The notes under the pieces: generated by a model
Told to the model about the DNA's origin: nothing
The model's database searches: none
Seen by the model: only the letters and a program-made list of their open reading frames with translations
Source of the DNA: Chiloscyllium plagiosum
Taxonomy: Eukaryota
Reading direction: 5' to 3'
Length of the DNA stretch: 33,857 nucleotides
Assembly: GCF_004010195.1 (NCBI RefSeq)
Contig: NC_057719.1
Location: 32,176,278-32,210,134, forward strand
Shown here: positions 1 through 11,678 of the stretch, in pieces
Layout: each line of letters begins with the position of its first letter
Numbering within the stretch: the first letter of the stretch is position 1
Made by a program: the position numbers and the translations under genes

Positions 1-55
1 TTGCCACCCTTTTTGACTCTAACTTTCCAGCATCTGAAGTCCTCACTTTGTCCTT
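1..55 (+). mobile_element. 3' tip of a Penelope-like terminal repeat, cut by the window edge
   Basis: ccagcatctgaagtcctcactttgtcct resembles the reverse complement of the start of the copy at 29088 (aggagaaagtgagaactgcagatgctgg). Confidence 0.6.
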
Positions 56-94
56 GTCTAAAAGGTGTCTGAGATCCCTAATAAAAAACCCTTG

Positions 95-253
95 TAAATC
101 AGATGGGTTTTTACAGCAATCTACAATGTTTCCACATTAGAATTTAACTTCAGATTTTTAAAATTGAATTCCATCTGCCGTGGGATTCAAAGAACATTTC
201 CTGCCTTGTTGGATTTCTCAAACATCAAGAATCCCACTAAAGCCATCACCTCC
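95..253 (-). mobile_element. Degenerate tRNA-derived SINE (SacSINE1-like)
   Basis: Minus strand starts ggaggtgatggctttagtgg (A-box-like), then ttgaatcccacggcagatggaattcaa (B-box-like) and aaaaacccatctg. Family recognised from memory. Confidence 0.45.
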
Positions 254-1087
254 TCTCGGTGTACTGCTGAAACAAAGAAGGATTGTTACTGAAACCAAGT
301 ATTCTGAAACTGATGCATAGGCAAATAGGTTTGGCAAGCACTCTCGGGCAATACAGGAAGTAGCAAAGTTTTGTCAGAGTTGCAGTTTGTTCAGGTTAAA
401 GCACAACATGTCAGCAACTACAGCATTAGAATAATCAAGTCTGGGTGCAACAAAGACATGCTTTAGCACTTCAGTGACACAGGAGACCAAATAAGACAAT
501 TTCAGCAATACAGAAGTAGAAATAAATTGGGAAAGAAGTGGTGACAAAGATTAATGGTTTATAATTTAGCTCAGCAAGAGAACAAACCTTGCAATAGATG
601 GCTATGAAAATGAGTCAGCTACTCAGCCTTGGAGTTTTGTACAAGAATTAAACTCATCAGTGTGGTGTTGAAGGAATTCTTGCTTGAATTCTTGACTTCA
701 GTTAAATAATTTGAAAACACGACAGCGATCTAAGAATTAAGGGCGGCCGTAAAGATCATGTTGCAAAATCTGTAAACTGACAACATTTCTGATGTGAGGG
801 ATTGGGGGAATAAACAGATCTCAGACAGAATTGTGGAAGTTGTTGTGCAACAGGAGTTGAATTGAAAAGAGTTTGACAGAAATGTTCACTCTAAGAGGCA
901 TGGTGCACAGTCACATAGCGATCAGAAGCTGCAGTAGGGAAAGAACCAACCATGCATCGGTAATGTTGCCTTAAAAATGCTTACCTGTGTTGGCTGCTTG
1001 TTAGTCAGAAGCAGTCAACACAAGTTGTACAACAAGTTGACCATGTACAGCAATCAGAAGTTCAAGAATTAATTGGTCAAAGGTGCA

Positions 1088-1952
1088 AGTCATAGAGTAA
1101 TAGAGTCATACAGCATGGAAACAAATTTTCAGTCCAACGAGTTTACACCGACCGTGTTGCTAACTAAGCTAGTCCCACCTGCCAAACCTTTCCTGGTCAT
1201 GTGCTTATCCAAATGTCTTTTAAAAATTGTAATTAGAATAGAATATCATAGAATAGAATCCCTACAGTGTGGAAACAGGCCCTTCGGCCCAACAAGTCTA
1301 CACTGATCCTCCAAAGAGTATTCCACCCAACCTACACATCCCTGAACACTATGGGCAATGTAACATGGCCAACTCACCTAGCCTGCACATCTTTGGATTA
1401 TGGGCAGAAACCTGAGAGACCCCACACAGACATGGGGAGAATGTGCAAACTCCACACAGACAGTTGCCCGAGGCTGGAATCAAACCCTGGGCTCTGGCAC
1501 TGTGAGGCAGCAGTGCTGATCGCTAAGCCACCATGCCACCCAATTGTACCCATATCCACCACTTCCTCTGGAAGTCCATTCCACACAGGAACCACTCCCT
1601 GGGCAAAAAAAAAAATACTCCTTTTGTCTTTTTTAAAACTTTCTCCTGTCACCTTAAGAATATGTCCCTAATCTTGAAATACCCCACCCTTGGGAAAAGA
1701 CACCTGATAATCACCTTATCTAAATTTCTCATGACTGTATAAACCTCTATAAGGCCACCCCTCAGCCTCCTATGTTCCAGTGAAAAATGTCCCAGCCCTA
1801 TCTAGCCTCTCCTTATCATTCAAACTCTCCAGTCCTGGCGACATTCTGGCAAATTTCTTCTGGGTTCTCTCCAGCTTAATAATATCTTTTCTATAACCGG
1901 GTGACCAGAACTGGGCTTCAGAAGAGGGTTCATCAACGTCCTGTACAACTTT
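1088..1952 (-). mobile_element. CR1 LINE 3' fragment interrupted by an HE1 SINE
   Basis: Tail (catagagt)n on the plus strand. Minus strand reads FFAQGVVPVWNGLPEEVV, matching FFMQRVIHVWNELLEDVV in the CR1 ORF at 22221-22724. Confidence 0.85.
1234..1541 (-). mobile_element. HE1-type tRNA-derived SINE
   Basis: Minus-strand head gggtggcatggtggcttagcgatcagcactgctgcctcacag with B-box-like ggtttgattcc and an (attct)n tail. Aligns with copies at 24383 and 28452. Flanked by aatt/aatt. Confidence 0.9.
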
Positions 1953-2194
1953 CTAAGTTGTGGGTCAAACAGAGGAATTGAGTTGATGAAAGAATTGGGG
2001 AAAGTAGGAGAGAAGTGGTAGGTGGACATAGGAAAATGGCAAGGATATGGAGAGGAGGAAATGGAGGATGTGACTAGAGCAACGGTTTAAATGGTCTCAG
2101 TGTTTCCAATGAAACAAAACAATTGGTGGCAACATTGGAAATTGGCGAGACATCAGGTATACAGACTTAGAACAAGTTTTTTTTATTATAAAGA

Positions 2195-2690
2195 AGAACA
2201 GCTCAGGATTGAGAGCTGCTGCCGAGGCAGTGGACACACCTCAAGGAAGTGGTACCAGTGATCACAGGTCATATGGACATATATAGAATGGATCCCTTTC
2301 CGTTTGAAGAATTCCACAGCCTTGATACAATCCTCTTAGCACCACGCGTGTACAGTCTATGGCACCCTGCACTTGGCAGATGCCAGCTATGTTTCTAATC
2401 CTGCTGCCTGGGCTGCAGATCTAACCTCAATTTGGGGTAATCAAAATGAGTTGGTGTGATCTTATACAGATGGCATCAGTAACTATTCATGATGCAGTTG
2501 TGGGCTACAACTGAGAGGTCCCACACCAGTCACCTGCCAGTCACTGAAAGGAGCCAGTCATGCAAAAGCTCAAAGCAGCTATCACCTTCACAGCCCCCTG
2601 GGAGCAAAGGGGCTTCTCACTCCTGGAGCCCTCAGATTCACTCCAGCTTCTGACATAGTTCAATCACAGTGTTAGCACTGCACTACTTTC
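2195..2690 (-). pseudogene. PIF/Harbinger transposase fossil, N-terminal half
   Basis: Manual translation across frameshifts: AVKVIAALSFCMTGSFQ*LAGDWCGTSQ..AHNCI..VTDAI..IAGICQVQGAIDCTRVVLR..FFKRKGIHSIYVHMTCD. This matches the Harbinger GAIDCTH and NRKGxHSxNVQxVCD motifs. Confidence 0.85.
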
Positions 2691-3304
2691 TCTCCCAGGA
2701 TTTAAAGTTAGAGCCTAAAACCTCTGGACTACTAACAGGTCCAATGCATTCTGAGGGGCCCTATGGCAGTGCCTGCTTGGCGAATGGGAGCACCCTTCTC
2801 CATATGGTGAGATGAGAGCATGTCTCATCATTCATTCAGCTTTCAGCCACAGCATAAGCACCAACTTGGTGAATGTGCCACACTAGCCGAGTGACCAGCA
2901 TGTTAGATTAGAAAGGGAGTGCCTGCTACGCTCCAGCTGCCTTTCCATCTCAGACCCACATTAAGCCTTCAACACTTTTTGCATTTCGCACACATCATTA
3001 TTAAACTTCCATGACAGATGTTGAAGAGATGGTGTGAACCTCCCACAGCACCCTTGGAAGTTACACAAATAATGGTTTGCCTTTGGCTAGCACTGGCCTC
3101 TTTTTAAAGTCATTGCTGCTGACTTCAACGTTGTTAGGATGCCAGCATTTAATTTGTAAGCTTCAACAGCATGGTGCAAATTGCCTTTGACCAGCATCTG
3201 ACCCCGAAGCACTTTCACTCTGCATTCATAGCAAATGAGCCATAGAGTGATTGCAAATTAAATGTAGCAGGGGTTTTCAAACAGATGCTTTATGTTTTTC
3301 AAAA

Positions 3305-3430
3305 ACAAAAGCTCCGGATGCTGGAAATCTGAAACAAAAGCAGAAATTGCCTGAGAATCTCAGCAGGTATGGCAGCATCTGTGGAGAGAAAGCAGAGTTA
3401 ATCGTTTGGCTCCAGTGACCTTTCTTCAGC
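3305..3430 (-). mobile_element. Penelope-like terminal-repeat remnant with degenerate hammerhead core
   Basis: gatgctggaaatctgaaacaaaagcagaa...cagcatctgtggagagaaagcagagttaa. Minus strand 3429-3403 reads CTGAAGA aaggtc actg gagcc AAACG. Confidence 0.7.
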
Positions 3431-4799
3431 TTCGTGTTTTTGTTTCTTCAATGCCACTGTGTTCAGCGAACGCAGGTCTTGTGCTATCACCCATCAGACT
3501 GGTACTGACTGCATGCACCCTGTGCATTGGCCCAACCCATTTTCTCAAAGTACTTTGTTCTAGAAGACAGCAGGTAATGACAGAGAACGCAGCACATTGT
3601 GGGTGTCATCAACACCAGGCTCTGCCTATTTACCAGAGCCCCTACGTTCCTTGGTCCCTCACACTACCCTGACAGACTATTTCTATCCATCCTCCAGCAC
3701 ATCGAGACCCATTACAGAGAACTTCTCCTCCACCTCCCTGACCCCTGAATCCCAGCTTTATTGCTTGATGATGCCCGACATGCCCCTCTCTGCTCTCCCT
3801 GCGGAGGTCATGGTGCTGGGCACCGCCAATAAATCCCAACCTCTCCCATAGTTTACGATCCTTGAATGCTGTTCTGCACACTCCCCATATCTTGAATTTC
3901 TCTCCTTATTTCACTCATTACCATCTTCCCCATCTTTGGAAATGCTTCTGTATTCTCGCGGCCAGCCTCGTGTCCCGAGCTTTGTCGGCAGTGACCATCC
4001 AGCTGCCTGTGATCCTTATCTCCTTCCTGAATGATTCATACACCCACCCCCAAGACTGTATTATATCTAGACCTCTCACCACCCTAACATGACTCAGGTA
4101 GCTCCTAGTCATACCTGAGCAGACCTTTGTGTTTGCAGCTCACTGGCTGATGATCGCATAATTCCCTTGATTGCCTGTAATGGCCCCACAAGACTGACTG
4201 CTGCCACTCCCTGCACTGTAGTCGGACAGATTCCCCCTAATCATGACCAGCTCCCGTTGGTTTCTGACATTGTCATTTGGTTGGACACTAGATGCGCAGT
4301 TCATTTACAATGAGGGCATCTGGAAGATGCTGTAGATGTTAATTGATAGCTTGATGCCCCCCACCCCCACACCCATCCCATCACCACACACCCATCCAGA
4401 CAGGTGCCTACTGACAAGCGGCCTGTCCCTTGTGTGTGCTAAAGAGCACCTCACTATGGTCATACTGACAGCCTTTGGTTCTGGCTGAAGTGTCAATGCA
4501 CCAATAGGCATAGAACACCAAGGCATAGATGGTGTATGCAGGTAAACGCTCACTAAGAGGCATCGGATTGAGAAAAACTCTCCAATATTAAAACAGATGG
4601 ACAAAACTCTGGATTTTTGACAGAATCCTGGACTTTCAAACGTTTTAAAACAAAAAATGAAAGCTGGAATGAGTCTGCAGGAAAGACACAGCAGCAGACT
4701 TGGGAATAGAGAGTGTTGTAGGGGACTATTGTTCAGCCTGGAATCTCAATTTACAAATCCTCTTTAAAAGAACAATTGACCAAAACGTGAAAAAAACCC

Positions 4800-5130
4800 T
4801 AGCCAAAACAAAAATAGAAATTGTTGGAAAAGCTCAGCATATCTGGCAACATCAGTGGAGAGAAATCAAAGGTAATCTTTTGGGTCTGGTGACCCTTCCG
4901 CAGAACTGCAATGGGTAATGATGCAGTTAGGAAGCTGAATAGCTATTAATGGGGACTGTTAGTGTCTAACAATAGACTGTGTGTAATAGCAGACCATGTG
5001 ATAACAAGACCTGGTCCGTGGGGGTTGGGGTAAGGACATGGGAGAGCTCAAGACCTAAATCTGTTGAACTCCACATTGACTCAAGAAGGCTGCAGGATCC
5101 CCAAGAATGAGATGCTTTTCTTCTGGCTTG
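4800..5130 (-). mobile_element. Penelope-like 3' fragment (endonuclease C-terminus plus terminal repeat)
   Basis: Minus strand EEKHLIL/GILQPS*VNVEFNRF, homologous to EEGHLVFRLGTLQPQGINVDF at 29392-29628. Terminal repeat contains a GGGTC-acca-GACCC stem. Confidence 0.7.
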
Positions 5131-5642
5131 TGTTGAACAGTGTGCCCTGCAGTGCAAGTAAGTGCTTTCTGAGTGGCCTACTAGTGGAGAGGTGCCATGA
5201 TAGTCATGAAGGTTTCGCAAATGTTGGATACCAAAGTCTGTGGTTGAGGGATGCATGAGGCTGGTGCCGATGGATCTTGTCCTGAGATGTTATTTGGTCC
5301 TATGCAAGATAGAGGACCTTCGGAACAAGTGGTGCTGAAGCCTCCTAGTACCCACTCTGATTTGCATGTTGAGTTTTCTCAACATCTAACTTATTTGGTT
5401 AGTTTGGGGAGATAGGAAGCTGAGTACTAATAAGGTGAGTTGAGCTCTTAACAAGATGTTTAACAAGTTGTAATCCTCCTTCATGGGCAACTCCCTGTTG
5501 CCGAGCGAGAAACTTACTTTGCTACTTGTCAAAATTATGAACAAATGGAGGGAGATGCTCCCGATGTTGAAATGGGCCTCACTGAACTTCTTGTTTGATT
5601 CTGCCACAAACCATGTCACTCAGACCGGCTGAGATTCCATTC

Positions 5643-6500
5643 AGGAATTTGCATCTATATAGCACTTTCTACAAAGTGAAACAGCGCAAGGTGCTTCTCA
5701 AGATCGTTTTGTGATAAGTGACGATACCGCTTCTTTAACAAGATTAGGTTGTCCTTGGTTTCTTTTTCAGAGAGGTTGTAAACGCATAGATTCCAAAATG
5801 ACTGGGTTTATCTACTTGAAGAAGCTTTTAAGTTTTTAAACAATGATAGGGGAGTGGCCAGTTCTCCCAGCTCAGTTCTTCTTTGGTTTGACTTGATTTG
5901 ATTTTGGTTTAGCAGTCTGGCTGTTCAGAGCTGCTTGCCAGTTGTTAGCTGGGAATCCAAAAGAAACAGCCACATAGAAGAAGGTGTTCCATGTTCAATC
6001 TCTCTCTTTGACATCTCTCTCTTATAAGACCCGGTGTTTGATTTTACCTTTTTTTTTGCCAAGGGGTGTTTATTAGGATTCTTGCAGGAATTTGGAACAG
6101 CCTCATTCAGGTGAAGTGATCTGTTGGGTGTTCAGATATTCTGTTCTCTTTTGTTTGTGTTTCATTTTGTATTCTGTAAATAAACTCTGTTTTGTTTAAA
6201 ACCGAGGGGCTTTTGACCAGCTGCATCACTCCTGGAATATCCATTCTACACCTACTCAAAACAACTAGAAAAGTAAGGATCTGGGCTACTTTCTTCATAT
6301 GTTTTGAAGGGGTCTGGCCTGGTCCATAAAAGATAAAGCCACAAAAAGAAATGTTGAGAAAGATGATGAAAAGCTTTGATAAAAGAGATACTTTTTGAGG
6401 AATATTTCTAAGAAGGAATGAGTGTTGCAGAAGTGGTGTGGTTTAAGGAAGAAATTGTATAGATTAAGGCCTGCAGAAGGCATGGCTACTAATGGTGCAT
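5643..6500 (-). mobile_element. Old L2-like LINE 3' remnant, interrupted by a probable solo LTR
   Basis: atttgcatctatatagcac is the reverse of the gctatataaatgcaa L2-type tail also seen at ~25813 and ~33422. Purine-rich continuation at 6332-6500. Confidence 0.45.
5710..6331 (+). mobile_element. Probable solo LTR
   Basis: About 620 bp starting TGTGATAA and ending ggtccataaAA (CA terminus would be mutated). AATAAA at 6179-6184 about 150 nt from the end. No clear TSD. Confidence 0.5.
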
Positions 6501-6507
6501 GATGCAC

Positions 6508-6763
6508 CTTGGGGACAGAAGCTATCCACTGGCTGCTTGCATCATGAGTTCAGTGAGTTACTCTACACACATCAGGCAGAATGCAAACTCATATACTGAG
6601 TGTAATTAATGTCATGAAGCAGAATATTGGGATGCTCAAGCAGTGGTTGGACTGTTTAGAACATTCTTGAAGAGCTTTGCAGTGTTCACCAGATTACATT
6701 TCATCATGTTCTGTTGTACCCTGCACAGCCTTGCAAATTTGAGGGCAGAACTGTTGCCACCAA
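6508..6763 (+). pseudogene. PIF/Harbinger transposase fossil, C-terminal half
   Basis: LGDRSYPLAACIMSSV..NVMKQNIGMLKQWLDCLEHS*RALQCSP..FIMFCCTLHSLA matches the LGDxGYP, ExxIGxLKxRFRCL and CCxLHN motifs. Confidence 0.8.
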
Positions 6764-6794
6764 GTATAGGGTGTGCTGCTTTTTAAAACTTTTG

Positions 6795-7410
6795 TTTCAG
6801 CCATTCATGGGCTGTGGGCATCATTGGCTGTGCTACTATTTATTGCCCATCCCCAGTTGTCTTTGAGAAGGTGATGTTGAGCTGCCTTCTTGAACCAATG
6901 CTGTCTGTGTGCTGTAGGTTGATCCACAATGCTATAAGGGAAACTATTTGACCCAGAGGCCGTGATGGAATGACAATGTACTTCCAAGTCAGGATGGGTG
7001 TGACTTGGAGGGGAACTTGAAAGTGGTGGTGTTCTCATGTGTCTGTTGCCTTTGTCCTTCTAGATGGAAGTAGTCATAGATTTGGAAGATTTTGTCTAAG
7101 GATCTTTGGTTAATTTCTGCAGTACATCTTGTAGATGGTACACACTGCTGCAACTGAGCCTCAGTGGTAGAGGGAGTGGATGCTTTGTCCTGGATGGTCT
7201 CAAGCTTCTTGAGCGTTGTTGGAGCTTCACCCAACCAGGCAAGGGGAAAATATTCCATCACACTCCTGAATTGTGCCTTACAGATCGTGAACAGGCTTTG
7301 TGGAGTCTGGATATGAGTTATTCACTGCAGCGTCCCGAGCCTCTGACCTTGCTCTTGTCGTCACTGTGTTTATGTGGAGAGTCCAATTCAATTTCTCGTC
7401 AATGATAAAC
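6795..7410 (-). mobile_element. CR1-group LINE 3' fragment (second family)
   Basis: ORF 6989-7261 MEYFPLAWLGEAPTTLKKLETIQDKA is a typical post-RT thumb region. Homologous to 8885-9455. Confidence 0.75.
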
Positions 7411-8884
7411 CCCATGAAGGGGTTTGAGAAGGGAAAGGGTGAATCTTTAAATACACATTAAGTTTGAATACGTGCTAGCCTGGAGGGTTCAGTTACTCAA
7501 CTGCCCTCTTACTGAACAGGCTTCACTGAACATTTAAATGAATGGGAGTCATTTAGCTTGCAAGTTGCCTGTAACAGCAAGATTAGGCATGTGTTAACTG
7601 TACATTGTAGTCATCACATCTAATACCATGGACTATCAAATATTATCTGTAAACCCTGCTAGATAAATATCTGGACAAACAATGTAACACTTCGAAACAA
7701 GAGTATGGATCTATTAAAATGTTCATTAATTCTAATCTGAATGTAATACTATTTTGATTTGTAAATGTGTCCAGCTGCATTGGCCAACATTAAACAAATT
7801 GTTTCTAGAAATAATCACTATTACTGTGAATTAATGGATGGCTATCAAAAGATTATGTAGACATAAGGTGATCACATTAACCTTCCAATGGCCAGAACTT
7901 CATCTTGAATGCACAGTATTCACTCCTTTTGCATTAATGTGCAAAACAAAGGAACAACACATTTGTTTGTTAGCATGTTCTCATCATGATGGATGTTGAA
8001 TTTAAACATTGTCAAATACTGTCTTTTCCAACCCTATGGCTACAATATTAAATAATATAAAATGAAAAGGTACGTAAACATTATCTCCATTGCTTATAAA
8101 AATCCAAGAGGATTTTTAATACCCTCTGCATGGCAGAAATTAGAAGGAACTGAAATTAAATCTGCATACTGTAGTTGCAACTTGTTTCTTGCAGGGTGAC
8201 CATTTCAACACAGTTCCCTTCAGAGATGAGTGAGGCATGACATATACAAATGAGGGTCCTTTCACTTACATCAAATCCTGATGCATTTTTCAGCATCATC
8301 TGTACGCAATGTGGAACCCAGCAAAACCTCAGTAGAGGCGCAATCAGATAAACTCACTAAGTCATCTACAAACTCTCCTAGCGGACATTCCCACTCTATG
8401 ATTTGCCTGACTGCCTGCTTGCTCATCCTTGGTATCCCAACTGTAGTAGACCGAAAGCTGATGAGCTGCCACTGGCTAACATAGTTGGGTGAACAACTGG
8501 TTGGATGGACGTTTAAATAGACCGGGCCTCCCAGGGCAGCTCCCGAAAAGATATCCTACTTATCTCGACAATTACCCCGACAGAAATTAAACCTGTCCTT
8601 AAATATGCTTGCAATGCCTTAAATGGTAATTTGCCTCTTCAGGGAAAGATTACATCCCTTCTGTATGATTTTTTTGAGCTGTAGTATCTTCCCGGAAACC
8701 ACAGAAGGACTGAACTTGACTAAAAGGGCATTAGTGCATTTAGTTAGTGAAGGATTCATCTCAATGCTATTGGTACGCTGCAGTCTGAACTCACAATAAT
8801 TACAATGTGTGTCTCTAGTGGTAAAAATCTGTTAGAATGTCACCAGCACAGATTGAAATTTACTCAGCAGCAGATGAATTTTTA

Positions 8885-9455
8885 AAAATCCATTTATGAG
8901 ATGTGGGAATTGCTGGCAAAAACCAGCATTTATTGCACATCCTAACAGGCCTCGCAAAGTAACGGTAAGCCGCATTCTTAAACCTTTGCAGTCCATGTAT
9001 TGAAAGTATATCCACAGTGCTATTAGGGAGGGAGTTCCAGGATTTTGATCTATTGACAATAAAGGAGCAATCAAATTAGTACAGTATGTGGCTCAAAGGA
9101 GGATCTGATGGTGATCATATTTCCTTGTGCCTGCTGCCTTTGTGTGAGGTAGAGATTTCAGATTTGGCATATGCTACTGAAGGAGCCTTGGTAAGTCACT
9201 ATAATGTCTTGTATAAGGTACACACTGCAGCCTCTGTGCAGCAGTGGTAGAGCAGGTAACGTTTTGATGGATGAGGTTTTAGTCAAGTGGACTGCTTTGT
9301 TTCAGATGGTATTTAGCTTCTTGATCATTGTTGTATTACACTTATCCAGATAATTGGAGAATATTTCATCAGATTCCTGAATTGCACCTTGCAGAAAGTG
9401 GACAGGTCCTAACGAGTCAGGAGGTGAGTTACTTGCTCTGAACTACTGTTTTAGC
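8885..9455 (-). mobile_element. CR1-group LINE 3' fragment, same family as 6795-7410
   Basis: Shares atttattgc(c/a)catcc, ccaca(a/g)tgctat, gtacacactgc and ctcctgaattg-like blocks with 6795-7410 in the same order. Confidence 0.7.
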
Positions 9456-9723
9456 CATACAGTCTTAGAGATACAGATAGAAACAAACCCTTCAGTGCAA
9501 CTCGTCCATATCGACCAGATGCACTAAATAAATCTAATCGCATTTGCCATCATTTGGCCCATATTGCTGTAAACTCTTCCTATTCATATACCCATCCAGA
9601 TGCCTTTTAACTGTTGTAATTGTATCTGCATTCTACCATTTCCTCTGGCAGCTTGTTCCATGTATGCAACACCTCTGTGTGACAAGTTGCCCCCTAGGTC
9701 CCTTTTAAATCTTTACTCTCTCA

Positions 9724-10397
9724 GCAAGTTTTGAGAAGATTTGTATCTCAGGTTGAGGTTCTGGATGTCCAGAAACCCTAACCACTCTCCCCTACATCAA
9801 AGACATCTCGGAAATGACTGCCAGACTACTCAGACCCCTTGGCATCGTGGTAGCCCACAAACCCACTGACACACTAAAATAGCAGCTAATGAGCTTGAAG
9901 GTCTCTATACAGACAACAAGCAAAACTAATGTCATTTACAAAATACTGTGCAAGAACTGTAACAAACACTACATTGGACAAACAGGCAGAAAACTAGCCA
10001 CCAGGACATACATGAACATCAACTAGCCACAAAATGACATGACCCTCTCTCACTAGTATCCTTACATACAAATAAGGAAGGACACCACTTCGACTGGGAC
10101 AACACATCCATCCTAGGACAAGCCAAACAGAGACATGCACAAGAATTCCTAGAATTATGGCATTCCAACGGAACTCTATCAACAAACACATTGAGTTAGA
10201 CCCCATCTACCACCCCCCTGAGAAAAAGAACAGGAAATTACATCACCGTGGGAAATGACATCACCACAGGAAATGACATCACCAATCCAAAGAAAACCCA
10301 AACATGTAAATAGAAAGCATGCTTCGCCTGGAGGCCCACTGAAGATGTAACCTAGAAGGGTGATGAACCTTCCAGATCAGCGAGCAAACCTACATCT
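9724..10397 (+). mobile_element. Penelope-like element, 5'-truncated, GIY-YIG endonuclease region
   Basis: TLPYIKDISEMTARLLRPLGIVVAHKP..NVIYKILCKNCNKHYIGQTGRKLATR..HEH..HHFDWDN with stops and a frameshift. TSD tttactctctca at 9712-9723 and 10398-10409. Confidence 0.92.
10230..10283 (+). repeat. 18-bp tandem repeat x3 (acaGGAAATGACATCAcc)
   Basis: acaggaaattacatcacc / gtgggaaatgacatcacc / acaggaaatgacatcacc. Confidence 0.9.
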
Positions 10398-10811
10398 TTT
10401 ACTCTCTCATTAAACATATGCCGTCCAGTTATGGACTCCCTTACCCTTGGAAAAAGATCTTAGCTATTCACCCTAACCATGTGCCTCATGATTTTATAAG
10501 ATCAGCCCTCAGTCTCCAATGTTCCAGTGAAAATAGCCCCAACCTATTCAATCTCTCTATTGGCCAAACTCTCCAACCCCAGCAATATCCTTGTAAATCT
10601 TCTCTGCACCCTTTTAAGATTAATAATATCTTTCTTATAGGTGATGGAGCAGAATTGAACACAGCATTCCAAAACTGCCTCACCAATGTCCTGTACAGCT
10701 GCAACATGACATCTCAACTCCTATACTCAATGTATTGACCAATAAAGGCAAAGGTATCGAATGTCTTTGTCACTATGCTGTCCACCTATGCCTCCACTTT
10801 CAAAGAACTAT

Positions 10812-11484
10812 TGTTATGACACGGGATAAACCTTCCTGCTAAATTTAAAACTGACAACACCGAAAAGATTTATCCCATACAGTATTCTGTAAAAATTTGA
10901 GTGGCCAAGAACTATCTAAAGTAAAAATTTCTTAAAGTATAACAGAGAATAATTAACTAACCATTATTTACAATTTCTTTCTCGAACCTATCTTTTACCT
11001 TCCCTTCTATAATACTAGTCTGATAAAACTCCCAAGTTAGCTTCACAAAACCACACTTCTTATCTTAAAACCAGGCAGCTTTTGTGCTTCTATTCAGATC
11101 TTCCTGTGGCTTTTCTTATTAGGAATTTCTGTGTCACAGGTTACTGATCAAAAAGGTACTTTTAAGAGAGTTACTTTTCAGGCACTCTGTTTACATACTG
11201 GGCTTGGCAGTTCTCCTCTCAAGTGCTCAATTTTCCCCAGACTTATAGTCCAGAGCATCAGATTGTGTCATTGGCTTTTAAGATTGTCAATATACTCAAT
11301 TCAAATTGGTTTGGTGTTTGATATCTTTTCGGGGTATATTCGAATTTGAATTTGTGTTTTTATCTCATAGCAACTTAGCGAAAGCTGTTAGTTCTTAATC
11401 AAATGTTACTTTGTAATTTCGCCAGCACCCAGTGTACTTGAAAATCCTTCACTCTCTTAAGGGTACACCCACATCTTCATTACA
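10812..11484 (-). repeat. 3' LTR of the Gypsy element
   Basis: TGTTATGA...TCATTACA, 673 bp. Aligns with 16527-16722 plus 22810-23315. Confidence 0.95.
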
Positions 11485-11496
11485 CCTCCCTGCTTA
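11485..11496 (-). promoter_or_regulatory. Polypurine tract
   Basis: Minus strand (ttttctt)AAGCAGGGAGG directly abuts the TG of the 3' LTR. Confidence 0.75.
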
Positions 11497-11678
11497 AGAA
11501 AAATTGAACCATCATAATGAAAAGATGACTTCATTTTTTTTTCCTACTTTTCAAACACATCACCCTAACATACAGGTAACTTTAATATAAGTTCACCTTA
11601 ACACTTTCCCATATATCTATATAATATTAAATAATGCATAACATTAAATAAAGACAAACCTCATCTAAAATTTATCAG

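Noticed and set aside
3500..4500. GC-richer stretch as a possible Harbinger Myb/SANT partner gene
   Set aside because: No convincing Trp-spaced Myb motif in the frames I translated. Left unassigned.
8070..8193. GTACGT...ttcttgcAG intron-like segment on the plus strand
   Set aside because: The flanking frames I translated close quickly and give no recognisable protein.
8445..8485. cgaaa and ctgatgag adjacent, hammerhead-like words
   Set aside because: Order and spacing do not fit, and no GAAA follows a stem II.
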